Shown here piece by piece: positions 29,412 through 39,822 of a stretch of 64,000 nt of DNA. A program made the translations under genes and the position numbers. The DNA lies in NCBI GenBank assembly GCA_041690135.1, contig JAWLHY010000011.1, positions 256,668 through 320,667 of the forward strand, written 5' to 3'. The notes beneath the pieces are model-generated. The model was not told the origin of the DNA. It searched no databases and saw only the letters and a list, made by a program, of their open reading frames with translations. This DNA is from Armatimonadota bacterium. GTDB lineage: Bacteria; Armatimonadota; SYMT01. Numbering within the stretch: the stretch's first letter is position 1; each line of letters begins with the position of its first letter.

Positions 29412-29827
29412 TGGCCCTCCCGGGCACGGGACCTTCTCCCGCCTCTTCGCCCCGGGGTGAGTTTCCACCGGAACCGTTCCGGTTGGAGATCACCGGCGAC
29501 GGCCCGCGGATCACCGCCTCCGTAACCGGCCCTCTGGACGTGGAACATACCCCGACCTTCCTGGCGCGAGTGCGACTCCGGTGCCATCCCGAGTGCCGGG
29601 TAGCGGTCGATCTCAGCGGCGTGCCGTACCTGGACAGCACGGGCGTGAGGGGACTCCTCGCCCTGAAACGGGAACTGGAAGAGCGCCACGGGGAGCTCTG
29701 CCTGATCGTCTCGAGGGGGAGCCGGGTGGAGTGGATCCTCCGCCTGCTGCAGATGGAACAGCAACTGGGGACCCGCCCGGAGCCCGAGGCCCCGGTAGAT
29801 GAGCCGGACCTGCTGCGCGCGAATTGA
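29408..29827 (+). CDS. STAS domain anti-sigma factor antagonist
   Basis: 'GPLDV...VDLSGVPYLDSTGV' containing the phospho-acceptor Ser motif. Confidence 0.9.
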   Translation: MMALPGTGPSPASSPRGEFPPEPFRLEITGDGPRITASVTGPLDVEHTPTFLARVRLRCHPECRVAVDLSGVPYLDSTGVRGLLALKRELEERHGELCLIVSRGSRVEWILRLLQMEQQLGTRPEPEAPVDEPDLLRAN

Positions 29828-29842
29828 ATCCCGCGAGTGTGA

Positions 29843-29880
29843 GCCGCTCGGCATCCGGGGCATACTGGATGCCGAGCGGC
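29843..29880. terminator. Strong hairpin after the STAS gene
   Basis: gccgctcggcatcc...ggatgccgagcggc. Confidence 0.6.
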
Positions 29881-30361
29881 CCCAACGCCAGGGGTGAACT
29901 GTGCCCCGTACTGCACGCGGGCCTCACCTCTACCACAGCGCACGAGGGAATCCCGCGTGTGTTGACCCACGCCAACCCAGCCCTGAAGACGGTATCCTGA
30001 GCGGCGAAAAGCACCCCGTGATGGGCACGAGTTCCCCCTTCTTCCGTTCGGACCGGGTACCCGCAAGTGGGTGATGGGCTGCGTCGGAGAAGGCCGGGTA
30101 CCCACGAAGTGGGTGGCGGGGGATGAGGTCACCCGGTCACCGCACACGCCAGAGACAACCCACACGGGGTGAGGACCCTCCGGAGACCGGACCCATCAGA
30201 GTTAACCCACATGGGGTCGTGGCGGTTCGGAAGAGGTGCCAGCCGGCGGGACGGGGGAGTGGTCCATTGCCCGGCCGGGACAGAGATCCGGCCCTACTCC
30301 CCCGCGTGTTCGCAAAGGGGTGATGTGGGAGGCAATGCAAGTGCCCCGTAGCTAGGACAGA

Positions 30362-30458
30362 ACGGCTACCGCCGCGGGCGGGACGCCCTGCGCCACGGGA
30401 GCCTGGTAGCTGAGACCCAAGACGGCTACCGTCGCGGGCGAGACGCCCCGCGCCACGG
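30362..30458. repeat. Two REP-like palindromic direct repeats
   Basis: acggctaccgYcgcgggcgRgacgcccYgcgccacgg at 30362 and 30422. Confidence 0.75.
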
Positions 30459-30584
30459 TACGGGCAGCTACCCCACGCGCATCAAGCCAAAGCGTCAACC
30501 ACTCTTCCCGCCAACTTCTCCCCCTTCCATCCCCACTCCCTCTTTCGTTCCTTCTTTGCGTCTTTGCGTCTTGGCGCGAGATTA

Positions 30585-31769
30585 TTACCCCGTGCGGATG
30601 TAGAAGAGGAACTCCTGGACTTCGTCGCCTTTGTAGACGCGGTTCGCGCTGTCTACGTCGGCGCGGAAGCGGGGGTAGGTGAACTTGCTGTACTCGCGGA
30701 TGCCGGAGGGGGACTTCCGGTCGAGCATCGCGATCAGCTCCTCCTCTTCGATCAGGCCCTCGTTGTTGTAGGAGACGAGGATGTGGCGAAAACGGGCCTT
30801 CTCCAGCAGGTCCGCCATGGCGGTGCGGGCGCGGGTGCGCATGGCGAAGGCGGAGCGCTTGCCCTCGTCCGGGCGGAGGCCGGTCTTGCCGACCGGGGTG
30901 AACGCCTCCAGGTCCCAGCAGGCGATGGTCTCCAGCAGGTGGTAGTTGGCGTGGTACTGGCGCCGGTTGTAAGGGGGATCGATGTAGAGGATCTCCTGCT
31001 CCGCTTCGGCGGCGAGTTCGCCCACCAGGGCGTTGGCGTCCCGGCGGTAGACCCGGTGCGGCTTGTGGCCGTTGAGGAGCAGCGGCACCCGTAGCTGCAG
31101 CGGTTGGGCGGCGGACGGCTTCAGGTGTTTCAGGTAGGCGCCGTAGATGCTGGCCGTGTTGGCGACCATGTCCATCGACTCCACCAGCGAAGCCAGCAGC
31201 ACGTGGAACTCGGCCTCGTCCACCCAGCCCTGCCGGCGCCACTCTTCCAGGGTGTCGCGGATCGCCTGGCATGCCATGCCGTTGCGTCGGCTGTAGTAGT
31301 TCCGGCCCGCGGAGCCCCCTTCGCAGTAGGTGTCGACGAAGGCCCCTTCACGGGGAGCCAGGTGGTTGAGGTAGGCGAGCACCTGCAGCAGGGGGCGTCC
31401 CGCCGGGAGGAGGCCTTCCGGGTCCCCGACCACCCCGAAGGAGAGCAGGGGGCGGACCTCGCCGCGGACGGTCCACCGCTTCCGCTCCGGCTGGCATTCC
31501 ACGGGGACGGCGTCGATCTCGGGAATTTCGGCACGCAGACGGGCGAACTGCGGGTAGCCGTTGCACCCGATGAAGGCGGACTGCAGCGCGTAGGAGTAAG
31601 CCTGGATGTCGTTCGAGTAGACGGTGAACCCCAGGCGCTTCGCCATCTGCCCGACCACGCTTGTGCCGGAAAAGATGTCGCAAAACACCCCTTCCGGGTT
31701 CACGTCGTGCTCCTCCAGCATCTTCCGGATCCGGCCCAGAAGCTTGTACTTACTCCCGATGTAGTTCAT
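30585..31769 (-). CDS. N6-adenine DNA methyltransferase, D12 class (M.NlaIII/M.HpyI-like)
   Basis: MNYIGSKYKL, CDIFSGT...SND and YIDPPYNRRQYHANYHLLETI. Confidence 0.9.
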   Translation of the reverse strand: MNYIGSKYKLLGRIRKMLEEHDVNPEGVFCDIFSGTSVVGQMAKRLGFTVYSNDIQAYSYALQSAFIGCNGYPQFARLRAEIPEIDAVPVECQPERKRWTVRGEVRPLLSFGVVGDPEGLLPAGRPLLQVLAYLNHLAPREGAFVDTYCEGGSAGRNYYSRRNGMACQAIRDTLEEWRRQGWVDEAEFHVLLASLVESMDMVANTASIYGAYLKHLKPSAAQPLQLRVPLLLNGHKPHRVYRRDANALVGELAAEAEQEILYIDPPYNRRQYHANYHLLETIACWDLEAFTPVGKTGLRPDEGKRSAFAMRTRARTAMADLLEKARFRHILVSYNNEGLIEEEELIAMLDRKSPSGIREYSKFTYPRFRADVDSANRVYKGDEVQEFLFYIRTG

Positions 31770-31775
31770 GCTGCG

Positions 31776-32597
31776 TTAATGGGTTTCTTGCTGCTGCAGG
31801 CGCTGCCAGTGCGCATCGAAGTGCTGGAGCTTCAGCTCGCGGATGAGCGCGTACAGCTCATTCTTGCTGAACGTGTGGCCGTCGAGCCGGGCCAGTTGCT
31901 GAATCAGGAGCTCGATGCTGGCGTTCAGCACGTGGCGCTCGCTCTGCTGCAGCTCCGCGACGGCGATGCGGATGAGCTGCTTCGTGTTCTCCGGCTCGTG
32001 GTAGGGACAACCGAGGCAGTCCAGTACCGGGTCGTACCGCTCGTTTCCCATGGAGAAGACCTTGAGGTCGTAGAACGTGCCGCGGCGCATCTCCTCCAGG
32101 GGCAAGCCGCTCTGCTTGCAGCGCTTGGTGCAATGCTCCCGCTTCTTGGCATTGCAGCTCCGGCAGAGATACTGGAGATCGCGCGTGGCCCGCCCGGTCC
32201 GGAGATCCTCCACGGAATACTTATGGTCGATATTGGCGGGATTGCGGTGGTCGATTTCGATCGAAGAGGTCGAAAGGCAGATGGCGCACACCTGCTCCGG
32301 GTGCAACTGACGGTATTCCCGGAGGAAGGCCGCGTCGAAATCGACCCGGGTGCGGGCCGGGTCCAGCTCCAGCGACACCAGGCGGTCCAGGTACTTGTTC
32401 GTGTACTCAGTGCAGAGCGTACAGTGACCGGTAGCCGAGCTTTCGACCTGGTAGCCGCTGTCGCGCAGGTCGCGCACGGTGGAGGCGTACTGGGTGGAGC
32501 CCACCGTCGCCGTGGCGCAGGTCCGGCAGGCCCAGTTGCCCACCCCCACCCGATCCCGGTAGAAAGCGAGGGCCTTGTCCTTGAGCGATAGACGCAT
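31776..32597 (-). CDS. HNH restriction endonuclease, NlaIII/IceA1-like
   Basis: CAIC...IEIDH...DLQYLCRSCNAKKREHC...YD...CLGCPYHEP. Lies 6 nt upstream of the methyltransferase. Confidence 0.8.
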   Translation of the reverse strand: MRLSLKDKALAFYRDRVGVGNWACRTCATATVGSTQYASTVRDLRDSGYQVESSATGHCTLCTEYTNKYLDRLVSLELDPARTRVDFDAAFLREYRQLHPEQVCAICLSTSSIEIDHRNPANIDHKYSVEDLRTGRATRDLQYLCRSCNAKKREHCTKRCKQSGLPLEEMRRGTFYDLKVFSMGNERYDPVLDCLGCPYHEPENTKQLIRIAVAELQQSERHVLNASIELLIQQLARLDGHTFSKNELYALIRELKLQHFDAHWQRLQQQETH

Positions 32598-32898
32598 AGG
32601 TGGTTAGCGAGGAGTGGTTAACGAGGAGAGGGCAGCGAGGAGGGGTTAGCCATTCGCGAGGCGGAGGGAGCCTCACGGCCGCGTGGCCCGGCGCCTTACC
32701 GCACCCCAGTTTCGCCGGGGCGGGCCACGGAGTCCTCCGAAGCCCGATCTCTTCCTGGGCGAGCAGATATCCCCGTTATCATATCCAACCAGCCTGGTCA
32801 GCAGATTTAAGCTTCGTTTGTCCACCCGTTAAGCTAGATTTAGCCTATATGCCGGGGAAACACTGGTCGACGGTGGGGGCAACCGGTGAACCGCTCCG

Positions 32899-33507
32899 GT
32901 GAAGAGCGGGGAGGGCCAGATCGTGAGCTTGCTGGATACGTCGTTGACCTGGGAACAACCCCACTCGCTGCAGGTACGGAGCTGGGCCCGCGCGGGAGCC
33001 GTTGCCGCCGTTTTGTTGACCCTGGCCGGTGGCGTCGATACCGCGCTGCGAGGCCATTCCCTACGCTACGCCGTGGCCCGTTCCGCCGGACGCCCCGGCG
33101 CGAACCTGGCCGGGTTGCACCAGCCCGGGGTACGCCTGCCCGGCGCGAACCTGGCGGGGGCGCAATTGGCGCGGACGGACCTCTCCGGCGCCGACCTCCG
33201 GCGAGCCACGTTTGCCAGCGCGGCGCTGGAAGAGGCGAACCTGCGCGGTGCCGATCTCTCTGAAGCCGGGTTTCCCATGGCCGACTTGAGCCGGGCGGAT
33301 CTCGCCGGGGCCAACCTGCGGAACGCCACGCTCCGCGGCGCGATCCTCTTCGGCGCGGATCTCACCGGCGCGGATCTTTCCGGCGCCGACCTTTCGTCGG
33401 CCTGTTTCGATGAAAAGACCCGGTGGCCGGACGGGGTGGATCCGCGCAAGCGGGGGGCCTACTTCCTGCGGGATCCCGGTCCGCTCCCTCCGCCGATTTC
33501 GGAGTAA
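32899..33507 (+). CDS. Pentapeptide repeat protein
   Basis: A[DN]LxG repeats, N-terminal TM segment and a 'FDEKTRWPDG' tail. Confidence 0.9.
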   Translation: MKSGEGQIVSLLDTSLTWEQPHSLQVRSWARAGAVAAVLLTLAGGVDTALRGHSLRYAVARSAGRPGANLAGLHQPGVRLPGANLAGAQLARTDLSGADLRRATFASAALEEANLRGADLSEAGFPMADLSRADLAGANLRNATLRGAILFGADLTGADLSGADLSSACFDEKTRWPDGVDPRKRGAYFLRDPGPLPPPISE

Positions 33508-33641
33508 AGGAAGTACGGCCTGTGTGTGCCTGGAAAGAGGGAAAAGAACAGGACCCTACGAGCTTCCGGCTTCGCACGTCTTTTTCCGTGTCTTTCCGTG
33601 TGCTCCGCGGGCAAATGCGGTTCCTCTATTCCGCGGTCTTA

Positions 33642-34250
33642 TTAGACTTCGAGTTCCAGGGGCCGGAGGCGCTTCCGCAGGTGGTTGAGGCCGTGCCGGA
33701 GTAGGGAGCGGGCCGTGGAGGTCTGCACGCCGAGCAACTCGCCGATCTCCTCGAAGGAGCGCCCGTCGTAATACCGCCAGATGATCACCATCCGCTGGCG
33801 CTGGGGAAGACGCTCGATCTCCGCCGGCAGCGCCTCGTACACCTGCTCGAGCACCAGCCGCTGGATCCACAGCTCGTCCGCGGGTTCCGGCTCCCCCAGC
33901 AGTTCCTGGCCGCTAGGAAGGTCGATACGCACCTCGCGCCGCTGGCGCCGCCAGTTGCTCCGCACGTAGGCATAGATGGCCAGGCTCAAGCCGCGTACCA
34001 GGTAGGCGCGGACGGGAATTCCCTTGTCGGGATCGAACTCATCCAGCAGTACGCAAAACCGGCAGAAGATCTCTCCGATCAGCTCTTGCCGCATCTCCGG
34101 GTCGCTGCCGTAGAGCCGCTGCAGGCGGCGGACCAGCGGGTCGAAGCTGGCGAACAACTCGTCCCGCTCGGCCAGGCTGTAGGAGCCAGTCGCGGCGAAA
34201 GGCCCGTTGGAAAAGGTGACCGCTTCTGTAGCTTCGCGAGTAGTGCCCAT
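33642..34250 (-). CDS. Sigma-70 family (ECF-like) sigma factor
   Basis: FDPDKG region 2 and LPQRQRMVI...SFEEIGELLG region 4. Confidence 0.88.
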   Translation of the reverse strand: MGTTREATEAVTFSNGPFAATGSYSLAERDELFASFDPLVRRLQRLYGSDPEMRQELIGEIFCRFCVLLDEFDPDKGIPVRAYLVRGLSLAIYAYVRSNWRRQRREVRIDLPSGQELLGEPEPADELWIQRLVLEQVYEALPAEIERLPQRQRMVIIWRYYDGRSFEEIGELLGVQTSTARSLLRHGLNHLRKRLRPLELEV

Positions 34251-34563
34251 GGGTTAAGGCGTCGAGGAGAGCGTCCGGCTAAAGAAATCTTGCTGCCGCC
34301 TGGAGCGAGGCCGGCGAACGGAGGATTCGCGAATGCTAGATATTCTGCTGTCCCGGGGGCGGACAGCTTGATTACCCGGCCGGGATCGGAGGCGTTACCC
34401 GGAACGGACTTTGGGGAGGAAACGTGCGTCACCGCTTACGCCGGGATTCCCCAGATGGCCTGCGTCAGGCTGTTGCGATGTTGGCCGCGTCCCAGTAGAG
34501 AGATACAGTCTTTACGGACGCGTGCAAGAGTGGCGACCGGGAAATCAGCGACGAAGTGACAGA

Positions 34564-35469
34564 TTACGCCCGCCGCGGCCACAGGTGGGGAATGATAAGG
34601 TCTTCGGGCAACTCCGGTACCGCCTGCCGGACCTGCTCCGCCAGGTCGGGCGGCAGGGCGCCCCGCCGGGCATAGCCCGCGTTGGCCCGCACCTGCTCCA
34701 CGGACTCGGCCCCAACCACCACGGCGGCCACCCCTGTCTCGGCCAGCACGAACCGGAGTGCCAACTCGGCCAGAGAAAGGTCCGCTTCCCCTGCCAGTTT
34801 CTCCAGGCTGCGTCGCACGGGGAGGACCTCCGCAAGGTGCGCGGGGACCTCAGCCTCGGACATCAGCAGGAGACCCTGCAGATACACACTCCGCGCGAAA
34901 ACGGTGATCCCGCGGCTTTCCGCCGCTTTCAGCAATCCCGTCCGGCTGAACCTTCGGTCCAGCGCACTCGCCGCTATCTGTACGGCCTCCACGCTTCCGT
35001 CCGGAAGCAAACTCGTGAAGGCCTCCGGTGTCATCAAGGAAACGCCTACCTGTTCCACCAGGCCGCGTTCTTGCAGAGACAGGAGACTTTCGAAGTAGCG
35101 CGCCGCATCCGCCTCCCGGTGGAAGAGCACGACGGGCAGGTGGTCGATGCCGAGCCGGCGCAGCGACTGCGTCAGGACCTCCTCCATCCGGGCGGGAACC
35201 GTTTCCGGGGGGACTGCGGCCAGGTCGGGAACCTTCGTCACCACCTTTACGCAGCCGGTAAGTCCCAATTCCCGCAGCGCCCGGCCCAGGACGATCTCGC
35301 TCTCCCCGTAGGCCGCCGCCGTGTCCAGCCAGGTGATCCCGCTTTCGTAGGCGGCCGCCAGGATCGCCCGCGCCTCCGCGTAGTCCGGCTGCCCGCGCCG
35401 GTTCGCGATGCCGTAAGGCATGCCCAGTTGTACGGTGCCGAGAGCCAGCGGTAAATCAAGAGTCGCCAT
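34564..35469 (-). CDS. Aldo/keto reductase
   Basis: LGTVQLG, LDTAAAYGESE, VVTK and ARSVYLQGLL. Confidence 0.92.
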   Translation of the reverse strand: MATLDLPLALGTVQLGMPYGIANRRGQPDYAEARAILAAAYESGITWLDTAAAYGESEIVLGRALRELGLTGCVKVVTKVPDLAAVPPETVPARMEEVLTQSLRRLGIDHLPVVLFHREADAARYFESLLSLQERGLVEQVGVSLMTPEAFTSLLPDGSVEAVQIAASALDRRFSRTGLLKAAESRGITVFARSVYLQGLLLMSEAEVPAHLAEVLPVRRSLEKLAGEADLSLAELALRFVLAETGVAAVVVGAESVEQVRANAGYARRGALPPDLAEQVRQAVPELPEDLIIPHLWPRRA

Positions 35470-35702
35470 GATTCAGAATCCAGGGAGGTTTCCCTTCGCC
35501 AGGGATCAGCGCAATCTAATTCTTGCGGAGCAACCGGGGTAATGGGTGCCCGCGGATTCACTTTGCCGGGTCGCCCATTCCTGCGGTAAAGAAGGAATGG
35601 GCGCCATCAAATGGCAACATATCCGGGGCTGCCCAGAAGGCAGCCCTCCACCTGGAAAGTGGTTGGGCGAAGAAGCCCCTATCAACCAACGAAGGAAGCA
35701 CC

Positions 35703-36464
35703 ATGAACCGCAGAGCGTTTACGCTAATCGAGCTTCTCGTAGTGATTGCCATTATCGCCATCCTGGCGGCAATCCTCTTCCCGGTCTTTGCACAGGCCCG
35801 TGAGAAGGCGCGGGCCATCACATGCCTCTCGAACAGCAAACAGATCGGCACGGGTATCGCCATGTACACCCAGGATTATGATGAAACCTTCCCGTTCGGC
35901 GGCGGAGCGGGCGGGCGCTGGCACGGGATCATCATGCCCTATGTTAAGAACGGCGCCAACAACGCGGGCAGCCGAGCGATCGGGGGTATGTTCACCTGTC
36001 CCAGCCGCACCAACTACCCCAGCAACAACGGTGACAAGCTGGGCTACGGCTGCAACGTGAACATCATGATGTGGAACAACGCGCGGGCCCTGGCGGAGGT
36101 CGCCACGCCGGCCGGCACCTTCATCGTGGCGGAGGGAAGTTCTCTCACCTCGGCCGCTGCTACCCCTGGTTCGCCCCAGAACCTGGACCCGGAAACGTGG
36201 CCGCAGCACGAGAATACCCGCACCGACTGGCAGGTCACCCCTCCCGGCGGGTGGGCGAACAACAACACCACCAATTACAGCACCCAGGACGGCTCCTGCA
36301 ACCAGTGCCGGCGTCCCATCCCCCGCCATAACAAGGGGATGAACGTCGTCTACTGCGATGGCCACGCCAAGTGGTCGCACTGGAGCCAGTTCCTGGGGAT
36401 CAGTGCCTCGAACCCGAAGGGCTGGCCTTACGGGCATCCCAACAATAGCTGGGACAACCAGTAA
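35703..36464 (+). CDS. Prepilin-type N-terminal cleavage/methylation protein (DUF1559, H-X9-DG)
   Basis: [33 protein letters not shown] and [16 protein letters not shown]. Confidence 0.93.
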   Translation: MNRRAFTLIELLVVIAIIAILAAILFPVFAQAREKARAITCLSNSKQIGTGIAMYTQDYDETFPFGGGAGGRWHGIIMPYVKNGANNAGSRAIGGMFTCPSRTNYPSNNGDKLGYGCNVNIMMWNNARALAEVATPAGTFIVAEGSSLTSAAATPGSPQNLDPETWPQHENTRTDWQVTPPGGWANNNTTNYSTQDGSCNQCRRPIPRHNKGMNVVYCDGHAKWSHWSQFLGISASNPKGWPYGHPNNSWDNQ

Positions 36465-36656
36465 TCTCGATCGGTAGGGAGGGCGTCGATCTCTTGACCC
36501 CGGCTCTCCCTACCGGCATCGGACCACTCCTGAAGCGCCCGTCCGTGTCTTTTGGTTTCTCCAGCCGAGAGCGTGCCTTCCGTTAGGGCCGCACTTCTCG
36601 CCACTCGACCGGTTCCACGTTGCCGCGGATAGCATGTCCCAGGAGAAACTTTCGAC

Positions 36657-37097
36657 ATGCTGCCCATTGGCGAGATCGCACCCGATTTCACCCTGGCGGA
36701 TGACCAGGGCTGCACCGTGACCCTTTCCGACTTCCGCGGCCGGAAGGCCGTGGTGCTGGTATTCTACCCGGCGGACCAGACACCCGGTTGCACCGCGCAG
36801 CTCTGCGAGATGCGCGACTCCTACGCGGAGCTCACCGCCGCGGGGGTGGAGGTGTTCGGCGTCAATCCCGGCAACGAGACAAGTCACCAGCGCTTCATCG
36901 AGCGCCGGCGCCTGCCGTTCCGGCTGCTGGTCGACCGGGATCGCCAGGTCGCGAAGCTCTACCGGACGCAGCTCGGGTGGGGTCCGCTGGGCATCACGCT
37001 GCGCTCGGTTTACGGAATCGACCGGGACGGGCGGATCGCCTTCGCCCGTCCCGGCAAACCGACCCCGCGGAAAGTGCTGGAGGCTCTCACCGGCTGA
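36657..37097 (+). CDS. bcp: Peroxiredoxin (BCP/PrxQ family)
   Basis: FYPADQTPGCTAQLC. Confidence 0.88.
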   Translation: MLPIGEIAPDFTLADDQGCTVTLSDFRGRKAVVLVFYPADQTPGCTAQLCEMRDSYAELTAAGVEVFGVNPGNETSHQRFIERRRLPFRLLVDRDRQVAKLYRTQLGWGPLGITLRSVYGIDRDGRIAFARPGKPTPRKVLEALTG

Positions 37098-39822
37098 AGG
37101 GTGCGCTGAACCGATACTCTCCGGACGCCACGTCGAACACGGCGTAGCCGTCCTCGTTGCGCAGGTGTTTCACGCCCCGGGCCTTGGTCGCCGGTTTTCC
37201 GCCTTCAGTGACGGCGGCTGCTTCGGAGGTGGGGACGTAGACGGTGGCGGTGGTGTTAGCGGGAATCGTGACGGCCAGGTGCAGCCTGCCGTTCTCCCGC
37301 TTCCAGTCGCTGGCGATGCGCCCGTGGATCGAATCATAGGCCCCGCGTGCCCAGGTGAGATCACCCACGACGTGCGGCTGAATGCGGATCCGCTTGAAGC
37401 CGGGCGTCTCTGGACGGATACCTGCCAGGGCGCGATAGAACCAGGCGCTCACGTCGCCGAACATGATGTGATTGCGGGAGTCGGAGCCGTTCCAGGCCTC
37501 CCACAGCGTGGTGGCGCCCTGCTCGATCCAGTGGCCCCAGCTCGGATAGGTCTTCTGGGCGGCGACCCGGTACGCCACGTCGGCGCGACCGTTATCCAGC
37601 AGCACGTTCAGCAGGTACTTGGTCCCCAGGATCCCGGTGTCCAGGTGCCCGCCCTTCTTCTCCACGTCCGCCACCAGGTGATCCACCACCCGCTTCCGGT
37701 GTTCCGGGGCTACCAGGTCCCAGTTCAACGGGGTGGCCAGCGCCGTTTGCGTGCCGTTCGAGTAGCTGCCGGTCTCCGGGTTGAAGAACTTGCGATTGAA
37801 AACCGTTCGGATGCTGTCGGCGAGGGCCGCGTACTTGCGGGCGTCTTCCGACTTCCCGAGCAGTTCCGCCGCCCGCGCCACGATGCGCGCGTCGGCATAG
37901 TAGTAACCGGTAGAGGTCACGTCCACGGGGGCCGTCTTCCCCGGCGGGACCCAGTCTCCCAGGCCGATGTTGACGATCCCGTCCTGCGCGCGACTGGTCA
38001 GGTAATCGACGTACCGGCGCATCCGTGGGTAGTGGCGGGCCAGGATCTCCGTGTCGCCGTAATACTCGTACAGGTACCACGGGATCAGCAGGAAGGCGCT
38101 GTCCCAGGCGGGCCCGTTGCCCCACTCGTAACCCCAGCCGCTCGTGGGAACGATGCCGGGCAGCTCGCCGGTGGGACGCATCTCGTCCTCGAGGTCCTGG
38201 ATCCACTTCCCATAGACCGCCGCCGGGTGGAAGTTGTAGATCGCCTGTTCGGCAGCCAGGTGCGCGTCGCCGGTCCAGCCGTTCTTCTCCCGGTGCGGGC
38301 AGTCGGTGGGGATGCTCGCCAGGTTGCTGAGGTAGGCCCAGCGTGTCGCCTCCTGGATCTTGTTCAACAGCGGGTTGGAGCAGGCGAACTCCCCGGCATC
38401 CCGGACGGCCGTGTGGGTGAACCGGGCGCGGACGGTCTCTGGTGTGGGCTTGGAGGGGAGGCCGGTGACCTCCACGTACTGGAAACCGTGGTAGGTGAAG
38501 CGGGGCGCCCAGGTCTCCGTTCCCTCTCCCTTCAGCGTGTAGGTGTCCGTCTGGAAACGGGGGATCGGCGCGCCGACGGGTCGGGACGGGGTGTTGAACG
38601 GGCGGAGGTGGATGGCGATGTCGTGCTGGTCGAGGGTGCCGTCCTTGTGCAGCCGCTCGCCGTATTTCATCTTGACTTCGGTACCCGCGGGCCCGGATAC
38701 GGTCAGCAGCGCGTGGCCGGAGAGGTTCTGCCCCATGTCGAACACGTAGACGCCCGGCTTCGGCTCGGTGATCTTCACCGGCGTCAGCGTGCGGGTGATC
38801 TTGATCGGCTCGTTTTGCTGCGCGGAAATCACCCCACCGGGCGCCTCGACCGCTTTCGCCGCCTCCCAGCCATGCTCGTCGTAGCCGGGGCGGTCCCAGC
38901 CCGGCATCTCCTTCCGGGCATCGTAGGACTCGCCCGTGTAAATGCTGTCGAACACCACCGGCCCGGGCGCGGCCTTCCAGCTCTCGTCGGTGACCACTCG
39001 CTGGGTGCGGCCGTCCGCGTACTCGATCTCGAGCTGGGCCAGCAATTTCGGTGCCTGGCGCCAGGGGGCCTTCTCGAAGTACCACACGGCTACCGTATGC
39101 ACGTTTAGCCATCCGGTGCCCAGCATGGCGCCCACGGCGTTCTTGCCGGGGCGGAGCTGGTTCGTGATGTCGTGCGTCACGTAGAGCGCCCGGCGGTCGT
39201 ACCGGGTGTAGCCGGGGTCGAGGACGTGGTCGCCCACCTTCTCCCCGTTCAGCCGCAACTCGTGATAGCCGAGGCCGCACACGTAGGCCCGCGCCCGCTT
39301 CACCTTGCCGCGGACCTCGAACTCCTTCCGCAGCAGGGGGGCGGGCTGGTAGGCCGTGTCGGCGGTGCGGGCGATCCATTTCCCGCGCCAGTCCGCCTCC
39401 GAGAGCAGGCCCATCTCCCACCGGGCGGGGCGGCTCCAGCCGGTCGGGCGTCCGGACCGGTCCCACACGCGGACCTTCCACCAGCAGGGCTGACCGGAGG
39501 GGAGCGGCTTTCCGCCGTACATCACGTGCGCGGAGCGGTCCGTCTCGACCTTGCCGCTGTCCCACAGGTCGCCCCGGTCCCGCTGGAGGCTGGCTTCGCT
39601 CGCCGCCACCAGTACCTGGTAGGCGGACTGGCGCTGGCCGCGCTCCTCCGCCTGGAGGGTCCAGCGGAGCCGCGGGCGCGGGGTGTCGATCCCGAGCGGA
39701 TCGGTGAGGTATTCGCACTGCAGGCCCTCCACCTGGAGGGACGGGCGGTCCGCCCCCCCAGCGGAGGCGCCGGTAACCATCACAGCGGCCAGGGCAAGCA
39801 GGCCGGCAATCTCTACGCGCAT
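37087..39822 (-). CDS. Alpha-L-rhamnosidase (GH78)
   Basis: CEYLTDPLGID, LWDSGKV, DMGQN, FTYHGFQY, PTDCPHREKNGWTGD and GATTLWEAW...SRNHIMFG. Confidence 0.92.
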   Translation of the reverse strand: MRVEIAGLLALAAVMVTGASAGGADRPSLQVEGLQCEYLTDPLGIDTPRPRLRWTLQAEERGQRQSAYQVLVAASEASLQRDRGDLWDSGKVETDRSAHVMYGGKPLPSGQPCWWKVRVWDRSGRPTGWSRPARWEMGLLSEADWRGKWIARTADTAYQPAPLLRKEFEVRGKVKRARAYVCGLGYHELRLNGEKVGDHVLDPGYTRYDRRALYVTHDITNQLRPGKNAVGAMLGTGWLNVHTVAVWYFEKAPWRQAPKLLAQLEIEYADGRTQRVVTDESWKAAPGPVVFDSIYTGESYDARKEMPGWDRPGYDEHGWEAAKAVEAPGGVISAQQNEPIKITRTLTPVKITEPKPGVYVFDMGQNLSGHALLTVSGPAGTEVKMKYGERLHKDGTLDQHDIAIHLRPFNTPSRPVGAPIPRFQTDTYTLKGEGTETWAPRFTYHGFQYVEVTGLPSKPTPETVRARFTHTAVRDAGEFACSNPLLNKIQEATRWAYLSNLASIPTDCPHREKNGWTGDAHLAAEQAIYNFHPAAVYGKWIQDLEDEMRPTGELPGIVPTSGWGYEWGNGPAWDSAFLLIPWYLYEYYGDTEILARHYPRMRRYVDYLTSRAQDGIVNIGLGDWVPPGKTAPVDVTSTGYYYADARIVARAAELLGKSEDARKYAALADSIRTVFNRKFFNPETGSYSNGTQTALATPLNWDLVAPEHRKRVVDHLVADVEKKGGHLDTGILGTKYLLNVLLDNGRADVAYRVAAQKTYPSWGHWIEQGATTLWEAWNGSDSRNHIMFGDVSAWFYRALAGIRPETPGFKRIRIQPHVVGDLTWARGAYDSIHGRIASDWKRENGRLHLAVTIPANTTATVYVPTSEAAAVTEGGKPATKARGVKHLRNEDGYAVFDVASGEYRFSAPFSR

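Noticed and set aside
35572-35695. Hairpins upstream of the prepilin gene as a riboswitch
   Set aside because: Stems are present, but there is no recognisable aptamer consensus or U-tract.
37165-39718. Long alternative-frame ORFs (647 aa +, 708 aa -)
   Set aside because: They overlap the clear GH78 gene and are shadow or Arg/Pro/Gly-rich frame artefacts.
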